DNA from: Eledone cirrhosa | Lineage: Eukaryota | Direction: 5' to 3' | Assembly: GCA_964016885.1 (NCBI GenBank) | Contig: OZ024741.1 | Coordinates: 198,152,001-198,216,000, forward strand | Length of the DNA: 64,000 nt | Part shown: positions 43,401-59,666 of the stretch, in pieces | Layout: every line of letters begins with the position of its first letter | How positions within the stretch are numbered: position 1 is the stretch's first letter | Translations under genes and position numbers: made by a program | Notes under the pieces: model-generated | What the model saw: only the letters and a program-made list of their open reading frames with translations | Told to the model about the DNA's origin: nothing | Database searches by the model: none

Positions 43401-44367
43401 TAGTATATAATTCATTTATTCACATTCTACATGTCTTCACTATTCTTCTGTCAATGTTTAGTTGTGATTTTTAAATGATATTTTTCTTTTTATGTAATAT
43501 TTTTTCAAATTATTTTTACAAATGATATTCTTTTCCAATTGATATTCTTCTTGGGTTTCTTAATTGATATTTTTTATATTTTTTAATTGATATTTCTTAA
43601 TTGATATTTTGAAATATATCCTTTTTCGTGATAGTTTTCTAAATACACTCATGAGGTCTCTAACAATATTTTCTTCCTAATTGACTATATAGATAATATT
43701 TAAATACATATATAAAAGAAATTCTCATCTTTGAAAACATGTAATATAAAATACCTTATAATCATACATAAAATAATATATAAAATTTTCTCCACATACA
43801 TTTTAAGTAAATTCTAAAATAAATGACAAATCTAACATAAATAATGTAACTAATAAACATTGGAGTTCTCGTTTCCTTTTCTTTTTCCTTTTCCTTTATA
43901 ATCTAGCACGCATAAAGCATCCTCTCTTCTTAACAACATAAATACTAAAGTCTCTATAATTTTCGTTCACTTAATGTTTTCTATCTTGATTGAACTATTT
44001 GAAGATACAAAATGTTCTTTTATAATAAAATTCGAACTACGTCTTTTTCTTAACTATATATTGAAAATGTTAACACAATATCCTTCGGAACCCTTAAATT
44101 ATATTTGAATTAATAACAACATGTATAATCACCAATAATATTTATATTTTTATCTATTTATATAAATATGTATATAATTGACTGGTTGTAATATAATAAG
44201 CTAAAGTGTACTTACAACCTTAATTCCTCATAAAATCTAATTATATACTTTATACATAATATTATAACTCATGATTTGGTTATATATTGTAAAATTTTTG
44301 GATTAGTATTCTACCACTTCAACACATTTTTAATTTTTAATTTTTAAATCTACTTGCACCCTACTAA

Positions 44368-44553
44368 CAATTGTTTCTACTTTTGGCACAAGGCCAGCAA
44401 TTACCCAGTACATTACTGGTACTTTATTTTATCGACCCCGTAAGGATGAAAGGCAAAGTTAACCTCGGCGGGATTTGAACTCAGATCGTAAAGGGACGTA
44501 TCTCTTTGCGTCAAAGCATGGCGTCCGACCCTCTACTGATACTGCCAATCCAA
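44368..44553 (-). mobile_element. tRNA-derived SINE (further copies or fragments at about 6657-6720 +, 52213-52327 -, 58452-58560 +)
   Basis: Minus strand has A box tggcagtatcagtag, B box gagttcaaatcc and the conserved gcctttcatccttacggggtcgataaaat core. Confidence 0.8.
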
Positions 44554-44895
44554 TAATATTAGCCTATCTTTCTTCCTTCTACTTCATCTTCTTTTATAAA
44601 TAATCCTAATAATTATTTGAATTTACCTAGCGTCTAATATAACGATTTTTTCAGTCTACGCTTCTACTTCATTTGCATATCCATCCTAAAGATTTGAAAT
44701 TTTTCTCTTTTTCTTTCACTATCCAAATGGAACCTGAACCGATACGGTCTGGTTTATCGGGTATGTCACTATTTATAAAAAAAAATTTGTATTTTATCTC
44801 ATGAGAGTGTACTAAGTTTTTTTTTGGTACCTTTGAAATATATATAATAAAATAAATATGGTTTTATAAATATAGTTTCCATTTATTAATATCAT

Positions 44896-45459
<564 letters not shown>

Positions 45460-45696
45460 TATATATGCATATGTGTACTACCAGATAGCTGTCTGCTACT
45501 GATGATATTTACGAGCATATAATTCAGGTTATCGTTACCTGTCAGACAGTCTTTGCCATTTGACTTAACACGATACACATATTTTGCAGAATGTTTTCTT
45601 TTTACCACTGTCAAAAAAGCTGTCAGTCTTTCAAGAGACAATATCGATTCTTCGGCGTATACCTGAAAAAAGATAACTACTACTTTTCAGGCCAGA

Positions 45697-45753
<57 letters not shown>

Positions 45754-45927
45754 AAAGTTTTATTTAAAATTGTTGGGTTACAACAAGTAAATATTTTATA
45801 ACTGATATAAAGCACTCGACAAGTTTTTGGAGTAGATATACGATATTAAACAAATGGAAACTATATTTATAAAACCATATTTATTTCATTATACATATTT
45901 CAGGATAGTTTCCATTTGTTTAATATC

Positions 45928-45985
<58 letters not shown>

Positions 45986-46857
45986 ATAATAATAAAATTG
46001 AAGACTTGCGTATGCTTGTGTATGTACGTATTTGTTTGCGTGTACGTCTTTATTTATTTCTATTACTTCTGTATTGTATTTATTTACTTTGTTCTTAACT
46101 CTGTAGCGGAGATTCATTTGGTCTCCTAGTTAGAATTTTAGTCTACGATTTCTGCTATACCATTTACGTGGTTTTGTTTTTGCGTGCTATTGTTCTCTAC
46201 GCTCCACATATGACTTATTATCTTCGTTTTTTCGTTCATTGCCAGAGAACGTCTCTATGCACCACCTAAGAGAACATTAGTCTACGACCTCTTTTATACC
46301 ATAAACGTGGTTCTGTCTTTGCGCGTAATTGTTTTTCACCGCTCCTATTAATGACGTATTATTCGTTTTTTCCCGTTCTTTGCCAGGGAACGTTACCACG
46401 AACCAAAGTATCGTCTTCCTGTCTTCCTCCGGTTGCAACGTTTTTTGAAATATCCAGTTCTGCGTTTACAGATTGACTTTGTTAGTTTCAGAAGATCCCG
46501 TTAAGGGTGAAAGCAGCGATTCTTTGCTTAAACTTTAATCTGTTATTTAATAAATATATATATATATATACTATAAAGTAAAGTATGTCCATAGAATCAT
46601 TTGATAATATATAGACATCATTTCCTCTCCCAATTAGCATAATTAACCACACACAAAATCAATTAGACCAGGCTATAAGATTAAAAGGCACCTATGAAGA
46701 AACAGTAAATAAATAAACGATAGCAACCTCTTCGCGGCCGACCGCTATAGAATATTTACCCCCAATATTTCAACAGCACGTGGAAATTAATTAAATATAC
46801 GGTCAACCATACATAATTAGGTATAAAATTAAAGTTAGAAATGCTTATATACATACC

Positions 46858-46929
<72 letters not shown>

Positions 46930-47110
46930 ATATACATATACACATATATGCATACACACATATATACATGCATACAAACATACAGACAGAGAGTCAGGAG
47001 ACAGACAGACAAATAAACAGACAGACAGATAGATATATAGATAGATAGATAGATAGATAGATTCTAAATTATAATACTTCGAAGACCACTATTCAATAAA
47101 ATACTACAAT

Positions 47111-47148
<38 letters not shown>

Positions 47149-47241
47149 CATTGTCTCTTCATATAGACTAAAATATCTCTTTTAGCTCTCCCACGGCGAA
47201 AACTATAACATTCTTAGAGAGACAGCATTAAAAAAAAAAGA

Positions 47242-47287
<46 letters not shown>

Positions 47288-47922
47288 AATTATAAGTTTG
47301 AAGAATAGTCAGACAAAATTAATCCAATTTTTTTCTCCTTAGTCCGTAGAAATCAACCAGACAAATAATCATTTAAACGGAGCTAAGTATAAAATGTAAC
47401 TTTGAAGAAATAACAGATAAATGTTATCTATTTTCCTCAGTGAGGAACAGTCAGACAAAATTTACCTAGTCTTTTCTCTTAGTCCGTAGAAATTAACTAG
47501 ATAAATAATCAATGAAACGGAGCTAAGTCTAAAATGTGAAATTTTGAAGAAAAAAATATAGATAAACATTACCAAAGGTTCCTCCAGTCCCGACTATCGA
47601 TAATTTCGTTCGTACTTTGTGGTTATATCTAATCGCTGCATTATCCATGAGGCTCCGAGCTTTTCAAGAGACCCCTTCAGTTAAGACCAAATTTTCTAAA
47701 GTCATCGCCGTCAGTAACGAATTCAAAAGGGGTGAGAAACATCACGTGGCTAGCGGTCAACAAGATAGAAGTGCTGTGAAGGGTATGCCGGATGGCAAGA
47801 AGGTTCATTGCTAGAAGAAGCAGTTAGTTACTGCCTAAGGTCTACTCAACCGTAAGGGAGTATAGAATAAATTCATAAGGACATATATATTTATTTAAAC
47901 ATAGTCACAGCTACATATATGA

Positions 47923-47975
<53 letters not shown>

Positions 47976-48593
47976 AGTGGTTACACAACAGTTAGTTCGC
48001 CATACCGAGAACAATTGTTTCACCTAGCGGATCCTATATATATATAATTGTTCGTTTGTTTCTCTGTTTGTCTCTCGTGCACTTAAAATCTACTAAACTA
48101 TGTTCAAACTTGGCATGAGAGTTCCTTAGATTCAGTTTTCCTTACACTTGAACTTATATTCGTTTGTTAATATATTTGTTTGTCAGTTTGTCTGAGTTTG
48201 GAAAAATGGCGTTGGGAGTCATGGAGAGGGAGATACAGAGATAAAGAAAGCGAAGAAAGTGAGCGATAAGCGTTCAAACATCCAATCAACGAGTTCAAAT
48301 GTCCCTCCCTCTCTCCTGCATTCAATCAACGTGTTCACCGTTCTCTCCTCTATCAGCAGCATCTCCTGTAGTCATACATTCTTTATATCTCTTCCGTGTG
48401 GTCATATCTACTTTATATTTAGCCTGTGTGTATACAAAAGTTGGTATACAATAATGAAAAAACAAAAGGTGCGCACAAATCGTTTTAAATGGAGCTTAGC
48501 ACTACTATTATAATATTGGTGATACTGCTATAATCCTTACTGTATACCTAATTTTGAAGCCCCCTGTATGTATATCTTCTGTATATCTTTCCC

Positions 48594-48691
<98 letters not shown>

Positions 48692-48954
48692 CACATCTTC
48701 GTATATAGCTCCGAAAGCAAAAGATAGAATTAAGCAAGTTAACAATGAATGAACGAAGAGAGAAGGAAACAGAGATTTTTAAAAAGTGGCAGGTGTTTTG
48801 TTTTATGGAAACACTACTAAAAATAACAGTTGTGAAATCTGTTATTTTTTTTTGGGGGGGGGGGGGCATATTCATTTCCCTATCACCATACAAACACACT
48901 CTGCACGCCCCTCTAGCACCACCCCACTTCGTACCTAATACTACTACTACACAT

Positions 48955-49096
<142 letters not shown>

Positions 49097-49234
49097 ATGC
49101 TCTCCCAACTCACTTCCGTTCTCCGTGCGCCACCACTCTGTCACCCACCTCCTCCCCCACTGCCGCTCTAACCAAACCTCTCCTGGCTTCGCACAAACAG
49201 TTTCGTGACATCTGCTCTGAACTGGATTAAACGT

Positions 49235-51045
49235 GAATACTCCAACACACACAGACATACCCATATTCCAAAACACACACACATACATACCCATACTCCA
49301 ACACACACACAGACATACCCATACTCCAACACACACACAGAGATACCCATACTTAAACATACACACAGACATACCCATACTTAAACACACACACAGACAT
49401 ACCCATACTCCAACACACACACAGACATACCCATACTTAAATACACACAGGCATACGCATACTCCAACATACACACAGACATACCCATACTCCAACACAC
49501 ACACAGACATACCCATACTCCAACACACAGACATACCCATACTCCAACACACACACAGACATACCCATACTCCAACACACACACAGACATACCCATATAC
49601 CCATACTCCAACACACACACAGACATACCCATACTCTAACACACACACAGACATACCCATACTCCAACACACACACAGACATACCCATACTTAAACACAC
49701 ACACAGACATACCCATACTCCAACACACACACAGACATACCCATACTTAAACACACACACAGACATACCCATACTTAAACACACACACAGACATACCCAT
49801 ACTTAAACACACACAGACATACCCATACTCCAACACACACAGAGACATACCCATACTCCAACACACACACAGACATACCCATACTTAAACACACATACAG
49901 ACATACCCATACTCCAACACACAGACATACCCATACTCCAACACACACACAGACATACCCATACTCCAACACACACACAGACATACCCATACTCCAACAC
50001 ACACACAGACATACCCAAACTTAAACACAGACATACCCATACTCCAACACACACACAGACATACCCATACTCCAACACAAACACAGACTTACCCATACTT
50101 AAACACACACACAGACATACCCATACTCCAACACGCACACAGACATACCCATACTTAAACACACACACAGACATACCCATACTTAAACACACACACAGAC
50201 ATACCCATACTTAAACACACACACAGACATACCCATACTCCAACACACACACAGACATACCCATACTTATACATACAACAGACATACCCATACTCCAACA
50301 CACACACAGACATACCCATACTCCAACACACACACAGACATACCCATACTCCAACACACACACAGACATACCCAAACTTAAACACAGACATACCCATACT
50401 CCAACACACACACAGACATACCCATACTCCAACACAAACACAGACTTACCCATACTTAAACACACACACAGACATACCCATACTCCAACACGCACACAGA
50501 CATACCCATACTTAAACACACACACAGACATACCCATACTTAAACACACACACAGACATACCCATACTCCAACACACACACAGACATACCCATACTTATA
50601 CATACAACAGACATACCCATACTCCAACACACACACAGACATACCCATACTCCAACACACATAGACATACCCATACTCCAACACACACAGACATACCCAT
50701 ACTTAAACATACACACAGACATACCCATACTTAAACACACACACAGACATACCCATACTTAAACACACACACAGACATACCCATACTTAAACACACACAC
50801 AGACATACCCATACTCCAACACACACACAGACATACCCATACTTGTACATACAACAGACATACCCATACTCCAACACACACACAGACATACCCATACTCC
50901 AACACACACACAGACATACCCATACTCCAACACACACAGACATACCTATACTCCAACACACACAGACATACCCATACTTAAACATACACACAGACATACC
51001 CATACTTAAACATACACACAGACATACCCGTACTTAAACATACAC
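49235..51045. repeat. ~28-bp minisatellite (acacacacagacatacccatactcca/cttaa) with higher-order block duplication
   Basis: Roughly 65 units. Rare variants (cccaaactt, acaaacacagactt, acacgcac) recur about 357 bp apart. Confidence 0.95.
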
Positions 51046-52104
51046 ACATCCACCCTCACACATATGTACATAAAGTGTTTCCGCTACTGACCAAACACAG
51101 CGCCCACGTCGATACATACATACACATAAGCATCCGACACACATATAGAACCACACACACACGCACACACACACACACACACACATACGCATACACTCAC
51201 TCATCCGACACACACGCGAAAAGACACACTCACATACATAGAAACAATTGAAAAGAAAGTCACACACACACACACACACATACACACACACACAAAAGCT
51301 TCCCGCTATAGATAATACAAAGCTACCAACACACGTGCAGACACACATACACGCACATAAAAATACACACACACTCACACAAACGTATACACTCACATAC
51401 ATAGAAACAATAAAATAAAATAAAACCCACCTACACACACTCGCGTGTAGACACACTCACACATTCATTCGACTTACACGTGATAATAAACCTACACATA
51501 CACAATCATACGCACTCACATACATAGGAACAACAGAAAAAGCCACGCACACACACACACACACGCACATACACTCATAAGCACACACATACACAAAAAT
51601 CTAAAACCTCACTGACACACACACACACATACCAATATGCACACACTAACTACATAAGACCTTGAGACACCCACGTGTCCACACACAGACTGAAGCCACG
51701 CACATCTACCAACATCTTCACTTCAGTACACACACAACCACACCCATGACACTCCTGTACCCGCCACTTTACTCCTCTCCCGGGCCGGACCTTTCGACTA
51801 CCTTCCCCTATCTATTTTCTCCTCCCAACCCCCTTTTCCTAACTTCCTTTCCTAACCTCCACACACTACTCATACATCTAGCTGATCTCTCCTTTTCCGA
51901 AGTTTCCTGGTAAAGGACTTCTGTTCGAAACGTTGAACTCTCATCCACTTCCTCCAAGGTTCACTAATATAACTGTAATTTTGCATTCCTGTGTTTGTTT
52001 TATTTACTATATATATATATGTGTGTGTGTAAATGGTAAGCAGAAATAACAACACAATCGGTATAGTGTATGGAAGGTTAACGCTTGAAATAGCAGGAAG
52101 AGGG

Positions 52105-52140
52105 TCTTGACGTTTCGGACGCTAGTCCTTCATCAGAAGA
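52105..52140 (-). ncRNA. Classic minimal PLE-type hammerhead
   Basis: tctt-CTGATGA-aggac-tagc-gtcc-GAAAC-GTC-aaga. Confidence 0.85.
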
Positions 52141-53983
52141 AAGAATGAGAAATAAGATAGATTGGCGGGACGGGCGGGTTGGAATTGGAAAAAATGTCTT
52201 TAGATAAAAAATAATTGTTTCTACGTTAGGCACAAGGCCAGCAATTATCCAGTGCATTACTGGTACTTTATTTTATCGACCCCGTAAGGATGAAAGGCAA
52301 AGTCAACCTCGGCGGTATTTGAACTTTAGATAAAAATAATAAGTCCATTCATGTTGACATAAAAATAACAGGTCCATTCCTGTTGACATCTCTTGGAAAA
52401 CTGTTGATGCTGGCGTTTTGTGTATGACTTTTTTTTTAGAAAAGTGGATGATGGAGCACGTCTACCTGAAATGAAAAAAAAACATTTTGTAAAAAGAGCT
52501 ATACTTGTGCACGTACGTAAGCATGTGTGTGTGTGTGTGTGTTATTATACGTCCGTACGAAGCTAAGAAGATATGTGTTTGTATATGTAAGTAAAAGAGT
52601 GTGTGTGCATGTAAGTACGAAGCTATGAACAAAAGTATGTTAATATAAGGTAGTGTATGTGTGTATACAGAGCTGTGAAGGGAAAAGTGAAGTGTGCATA
52701 TTTCGTCTGTATTAGTTGTAAGAGTAGATGTTTATGATCATGAGTGAGCGATGGGAATCTAGGGGGAAAGGTACAAGCGCGTGTGATAATGGACGAGGTA
52801 TTAAATAAATTGGGGAGGTGAGTTGAGTCCAAGAGGGGAATAGGACTCAAGGCGGTGAATCAGACTCTGTTCAGTCCTGGTGCGTGAGGCCTGTGATCCA
52901 TGATGTAAAAGGACACCCAGGACTTAGACATGTAGGGAAGAATGACCAGGAGAACAGAAATGACGGGCGACAGGTGTATCCAAACCGAGTAGTATGTCCC
53001 TCAAATGCTCAGCAAAATGGTCTGCCATACGGCGTCCCGTTTGTCCGATGTATAAAGACCCGCAAAGGGAACACCGGAGGACATAGACAACGTGGGTGGA
53101 CGTGCAGGTGAAAGAGTGGCAGATATGGAAAGACCCGTTAGGGCCTGTGAGAGTGGTGAGAGTGAAAATGAAGGGACAAGTGTTGCAGTGAGGACGAGAA
53201 CAAGGATGAGAGCCGGGTCGAGTCATGGGAGAGGACGAGAAGGAACTGCATACCAGGAGATCGCGGAGGTTACGGGTGCGCTTAAATGCAGTAATGGGTG
53301 GGTTTGGAAAAAAGCGAGAAGTGACGGGGTCAGAGAGGAGAGTGCGGAAGGAACAGAGGATATGTCGCCGGACTGGTAGGGTGATGGGTGGTAGGTAAGA
53401 GGGAAATGAACGCGGGTGTTGGGAGGGTGCGGGTGAGGTGAGAGGGCTGTGGTACGGTCTGTTTCACGGGCGCGGATGAGAGCAGCTTGGATCAGGGTGG
53501 GTGTATATCCATGCTGGAAGACGCGGGAAGCCATGTGAAGGGAATAGGTTTCGAAATCGTCGTCCTGGCTACAGAGCCGACGAAGACAGAGGAATTGGGA
53601 ATAGGATATGGTGTGTTTGGTGTGGGTTGGATGGGAGGAGGTGAAGTCCAGGTAAGAGTAGGAGTCTGTTGGTTTATAGAAGTTGGAAGTAGAGAGGGTG
53701 TGGTGAGAGTGATTAATAGATAGAGTGATATCTAGAAAAGGGGGGAGAAGAATCAGAGACAGGGTCGGTGAAAGTGAGAGCAGGGTGGAAAGATAGATTT
53801 CTTTATTAACAGGATGGAAAGATAGGACAAAAGTAAGAAAGCAGTCGAGCTGTTCTCGTGTTAGACAGGTGGCGCCGATACAGTCGTCGGTATAACGACC
53901 GTATGGCTCAGGAGTCGGTCCAGCGTACTGGGAGAAGATCTGAGCGTCAAGGTAGCCAACAAACAAGTTGGCATAGTTTAGAC

Positions 53984-54843
53984 CAAAGATTCTCAACGGG
54001 GGGCATATGCACCCCCCGGGGGGCGTTTCGGAACTCCAGGGGGGCGTTTGGGAGCAAGTTCGCGTTAGGGGGCCGTTTGGAGCTGGGGGAGGGAGGGTTG
54101 GGGGGGCTTAAAGGGAGCACTGGAAGGCTCTTTATTTTGGTAAGTTTTATAAGCCATATTTGTATGTCTTTGAGACAGCCAGTGTGAATGCATTTGAATG
54201 AGCTTGCAGACAGCATAACTATAGTCTGGCCGCAGCTGTGAGCAGGTGTGCAGGTGTGCAGGCATGTCAGGTAATTGAGACGTTAACCGGTAATTGAGAT
54301 CCTAAAAATGGAAAAACCCACAGTCAACTGGGTCAAAGACACTTTGAGTGCAGCCAGTTAGAATCTTATCTTTCCTTCACCGATAACAATGTATTTCATG
54401 TCTGTAATTATTGATTCAACCGTAACGAGTTAACACTATGTAGATCTATTTTATTCCCTATTGTATAAATAATATTACAAATAAAAAAAAGAAAAGAAAA
54501 AACAGAAGCGAGTAGCCCACACATCTAGGACGACATACAACACATAATCAGATAATACACACATCTAGGACCACATACAACACATAATCAGATAATACAC
54601 ACATCTAGGACCACATACAACACACAATCAGATAATACACACATCTAGGACCACATACAACACATAATCAGATAATACACACATCTTTGGAATATTGTTA
54701 ATCAATTTTTTAGTAATCTATTGATATAAAAATCAGTAGTATATTGAAAAATGGAAAAATAGGGTGGCGTGGGGGGGGGGGGGCGTTTCGTGATTTCGGG
54801 GGACAAAAGGAGGCGTTTGGCCTAAATGGGTTGATAACCTGTG
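53984..54843. mobile_element. hAT-like MITE inserted in the Penelope RT
   Basis: Imperfect TIRs caaagattctcaac / gttgataacctgtg; degenerate 8-bp TSD gtttagac / gtttaccc; splits the RT motif MGTRMG|NYANL; internal 40-bp repeat x4 (54518-54686). Confidence 0.8.
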
Positions 54844-57029
54844 GTTTACCCCCATTCTGGTTCCCATCGCTACCCCCAGAGACCTGCTGATAGAATTCAC
54901 CCGAAAAGGAAAAGCCATTGAGGGTCAGAACAAGCTAAGCCAGGCGGAGAAGAGTGGTAGTGCTGGGGTAAGGGATAGGGCGTAAGTCTAAAAAATGTTG
55001 GAGAGCGCGGAGGCCGTCCTCGTGAGGGATGCCGGTATAGAGAGAGGTGATATCCAGGGTAAAGAGAAGGAGAGAGGGACCAGGGGGGGAGGAGAAGGAG
55101 TTGAAGAGTCTAAGGGCATGATTGGTATCGTGGATGTAGGAGGGAGGAGGGGATGAGTTGGTGGATGGTGGGGGACACGAGTTGTTGGGAGCCAGGAGTG
55201 GGGTCGGAGGATAAAGGGCGGTAAAAAAGGGTATTGTGAAGCTGCTGGCGGAGAGCCTCAGCCCTATAGAGGTCAACGTTCCAAACCACCACAGCGCCAC
55301 CTTTGCCAGCGGGTTTGATGACAATGTCATCGCGACGCCGAAGGTTGCGAAGTGCGGAGATCTCAGCCTGCGTGATGTTAGAACGTCGAGAATACTGGTG
55401 GAAACGGAACCGATTCACTGTATGCCGGCAAATATCGACAAAGGAGTCGAGGGTGCTGAACTGGCCAGAGCTCGGCGTCCAATTTGATTGCCGGCGACTG
55501 AGGCGAGTGAAGTCATCCGTCTGTGATGATGATGGCGTGTCGTGAAAAAAAGCTTTCAGCTTTAATCGAGGGAAGAACCCTTCAATATCGGCACGTGTGC
55601 GAAACTCGTCGCAGGTAGATGTGTTGGTATAAAACGCAACCCACGGGCGAGGAGGAAGTGCTCAGCTTCGGAGAGTGGTAGGTCCTGGGGTATGGTGACT
55701 ACAGTGCAAGGACGTGAGGGAGTGAAAGGGGCGGAGGCGGAGGCGTTAAGGTGGTTGGGCAAAGCGTGTGCAGATTCAGTGGTGGGGAGAGGAAAGGGGA
55801 TGGTAGGTGACGGAATAGAGGGGTTATGGTTGGAGGTGATATGAGTATGGGTGGTGACCGCAGGCGGGGAGCGGAGTGAGTGGAGTTTGTGGTTTTTTAT
55901 GGAAGTGATGAAATTGAAAAGGAGGCGATTAAGGTAAAAGATGAATTAGATAATGGATTGGGCGAGGAAGGGGTGGTAAGTGGAGGAGAGATGGAGGTAG
56001 GCCTTGGGGAGATCTCGGTCGAGAGAACGGATTTTCGCGAGAGTTGATCGAATAGTCACTCGCATGAGCTGGTGAGGGGAGTGGGTAAGGATGGGTTCAG
56101 TGGTGGGAGCAGAGTAAGAGGTGGGTGTAACTTGAGGCCAAACCTCGGGGAATGAGGTGTGGTGGAGACAGCGACTTATAAAGGTAATGTGACTATTATA
56201 TCGTGTTTTGGTGACGATGAGGTTGGAGAGATGCAGGGAGGATTGGATGCATATAGGGGGTAGAGGTTGCAGGAAGTGCTTGAGAATGGAATGGAGAAGG
56301 CGGAGAAAAGATTTGAGATTGGGCATATTGAAGGTACTAGGGTGGGAGTGAAAAATAGACGGTGGTGTAAGAATATTGTAGTAGAGGAAAAGTGATAGAG
56401 AGTCGTGGAATACTTAAATGCAAGAAGCAAAGAAAATTTCAATGATACGAAAGATTTCCTGGTGGAAGTTCAGGTATACTTCGGGTTGGTATCCAGTTTC
56501 GGGGTGAAAATCCAATTTGAACATCCAACGAATTTGAGAGGTCCACGTAAAGCGTTGATATATCTGTGAGAGTGGTGAGGGTGGAAATGATGGGACAAGT
56601 GTTGATGAGAACAAGGATGAGAGCCGGGTGGAGTCATGGAAGAGGACGAGAAGGAACTGCGTACCAGGAGGTCGCGGAGGTTGCGGGCGCGCTTAAATGC
56701 AGTAATGGGTGGGTTTGGAAAAAAGCGAGAAGTGACGGGGGTCAGAAGAGAGGGTGCGGAAGAAACGGAAGCTATGTCGCCGGAGTGGTAGGGTGATGGG
56801 ATGGTAGGTAAGAGGGAAATGAACGCGGGTGTTACATGTACACTCCACTTTTCCTTTCACTGCTCTGTATACACGCATACACACCCTTGTATTAACATAC
56901 TTTTGCTCATAACTTCGTACTTACATACACACACACTCTTTTACTTATATATACACACATTTCTTCTTAGCTTCGTACGGATGTATAATAACACACACCC
57001 ACACACACACACATGCTTACGCACGTCAC

Positions 57030-57087
<58 letters not shown>

Positions 57088-58696
57088 ATCAGGATTATAC
57101 CAGTTTTGAACTTGTAAGACTCGATACTTGGGATAGTAGCATGTAAATATAATACAGAGTCACATATATGTGTGGGGTCGAGGGTGGGGGTGCTTCTGCG
57201 ATCGCATGAGTCATTTTTTTATTCAGAGTTTTTGTCCTCCTTAATGAATCTATGGACATGTTTTCTACAGTTAGTTACTCTTCCTAACACTAACTACTAG
57301 ATGACTTTTACCGTCATACCAACACTAGCGACATTGTTATGCCCTCGGCGAGATCAAAGCGACGTCTCCATCTCACGTTGTTTTCGTTCGATCCTTAATT
57401 CTTTTCAATGGTATACTGGATGTATTTTATCATGACACTGGCACTACCACTTTACAGGGTGTACTGCATGCGTTTTAACATGGCGTCAGCGCAAAAACGA
57501 CAGGCCTTTGTTTCGGAACAAAGTCACTTGAAATACATTGGCTTTCTTATTTTTTTAAGTGCAGTAAACCAGTGATTGAGCCCCTGAAAATCTATAACTA
57601 GCAACGCTATTGTTCACAAATTGCCGTATAAAATAAAATAGAATTATGAAATGGCTACAACTGGGATATAAAAGTTAGTTTATTTTTGTCAACAGCACTG
57701 TTCTGTATTTACTAATATTAGATTTCTGTCTGATCAACTTAATGTACTCAAATCTGAAGTAGATGCATTTGATTTGAGGTTCAAAAATCAAATTTCACTT
57801 CCAGCTGACGAGCGGCTTTCTGTTTTGCTTATCTAATGTAAAACAATAGTGTTTGCGTTTCTTAAACGTTTATAGACACATTTTGTCTAGAAATGTTTTC
57901 TTTAAGAAAAAGAATTGAGCGGTAGTTCTATGCTTCATAAGTGTATTCTATTTTAGATGTGTGTTTGTTTGTTTGTTTTTTATAGAAAAAGAAAATCAGA
58001 TTTCAAAATAATTATGCTCGAGCATCGAATAATCGTCGTTCCCCGCCCCGCTTATTAATTTTTCAAATTTTTTTCCACCACCACCACCACACCTCGCTCT
58101 TATTACACACACACCTCCACAAATCCTCTTATTAAATTTTGCTAATCTATCTCCCGGCGAAATTTTATTTTAAGTGGTAGCATTCCTGCGACTTTTAATT
58201 TTCTTTATACATTAAAAAACAATACACATGGCAAAAAAAAGTACATTTCTAGAAATTATAAAATAATTCTGGTTTTCAAAAAAAATTAACGGAGACAACC
58301 TAAAAAAATTACCGATTTTCCAACCTCCCCGCTTAGTCCAACTTCCTCATACATTCCAACCCGCTTATTTCACCACCCGCTTATTTCACCACCACCACTC
58401 ATATTATTTGGGACCCGAGAGTACTGTATATTTTTTAGTTATAATTGTGTGTAAGGTGGTGAGTTGGTTAGAACGTGGAATAGAATGCTTTGCAGTAATT
58501 CGTTCTGGATCTCTGGACTCTGCGTTCAAAGCACACCGAGATCAACTTTCATCCTTTCGAGAATTCCTGTGCTGGAATTGATTCTCTCTCTCTCTCTCTA
58601 CCTCTCTCTCTCTCTCTCTCTCTCTCTACCTCTCACTCTCTCTCTATATATATATATACCTCTCTCACTCTCTCTCTCTCTCTCTCACTCTCTCTC

Positions 58697-58727
<31 letters not shown>

Positions 58728-59507
58728 AAATTGGCTGTGTTCAGACCTCGAATGAAGATCAGCTGAGCGAGGTTTAAAATGCCCAAGAAACACTATAAGT
58801 CACTACGACTCCATCAAGAGTTACAGGTCCATACATACATAATTGTGTGAATACAGTAGTGTATGATTCCTGTTCGTATATCAAAATGATTCTCGAAGCA
58901 AAAGAAATATTTGGCAGTGAGGAAGCTTGTATATTACTATTAATGATTTGCTCGACACGTCTTACCTTCCACTTCCTCACAAATATTGATCTTCATTTTC
59001 TCCAACGTCAGCCAACTTAATATGCCATATATTTTGATATTTTACTATCAAGCGCCATTTTTATATATTCAGTGGACCAATTGTTCGCCACATTGTGAAT
59101 TTCAATTGTTACATTAACACAAATTCCATAACAATTCCACAAAAGCAAATCTAGTATTCATATTAGCATAAATACAGGAGATATGTGGATTCTTAAGAAT
59201 CATAAAAAAATCATTTTTATTCAAAATATCTCTTCTGGAATTGATCGTTTTTCCAGGAAACATGCATCACGTCAATTCTTAGACCCTTCTATAACATCAG
59301 TTTCCAATTGTCCTATCATTTCTCTAGGTTTCTGAGCCTCTTCTATTAAGTTATGCAACTTCTGCATTCAGAGATAATCTGAAATAAACATTACAAGGAA
59401 TATTAATTTTATTGTTGTTTGATGCGAGTTTTATTTAATGTATTTATTATTTCTACCATGATTATTTTGAAATATCGTAGTCACATAGAAACACATAACA
59501 CGTGCAT

Positions 59508-59548
<41 letters not shown>

Positions 59549-59569
59549 TACATACATACATATATACAT

Positions 59570-59666
<97 letters not shown>

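Larger units (their letters stand above)
52040..57030 (-). mobile_element. Penelope-like (Neptune-like) element, decayed, interrupted by a SINE and a hAT MITE, with partial duplication and inversion at its 5' side
   Basis: IVIKPAGKGGAVVVW, LDITSLYTGIPH, GVAMGTRMG|NYANL, PFLDI…YKPTDS…SSHP, CSRPHCNTC…VVYVLRCSLC…YIGQT…FAEH. 56565-56832 duplicates 53147-53420, and about 56835-57027 inverts about 52508-52697. Confidence 0.88.

Noticed and set aside
46485-46525. cagaaga-tccc/gggt-gaaa hammerhead-like motif
   Set aside because: The core U4 is mutated and there is no convincing stem I or NUH site. At most a decayed copy.
54518-54686. 40-bp repeats as a possible CRISPR array (likewise the 28-bp array at 49235-51045)
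   Set aside because: Head-to-tail repeats with no unique spacers, no cas genes and a eukaryotic context.
58015-58430. Possible MITE with tactctcg…aataa ends
   Set aside because: The left terminus is too degenerate and there is no clear TSD.
58780-59400. Possible minus-strand exon after a tttatttcag acceptor-like site
   Set aside because: Stops occur in the frames read and no protein motif was recognisable.
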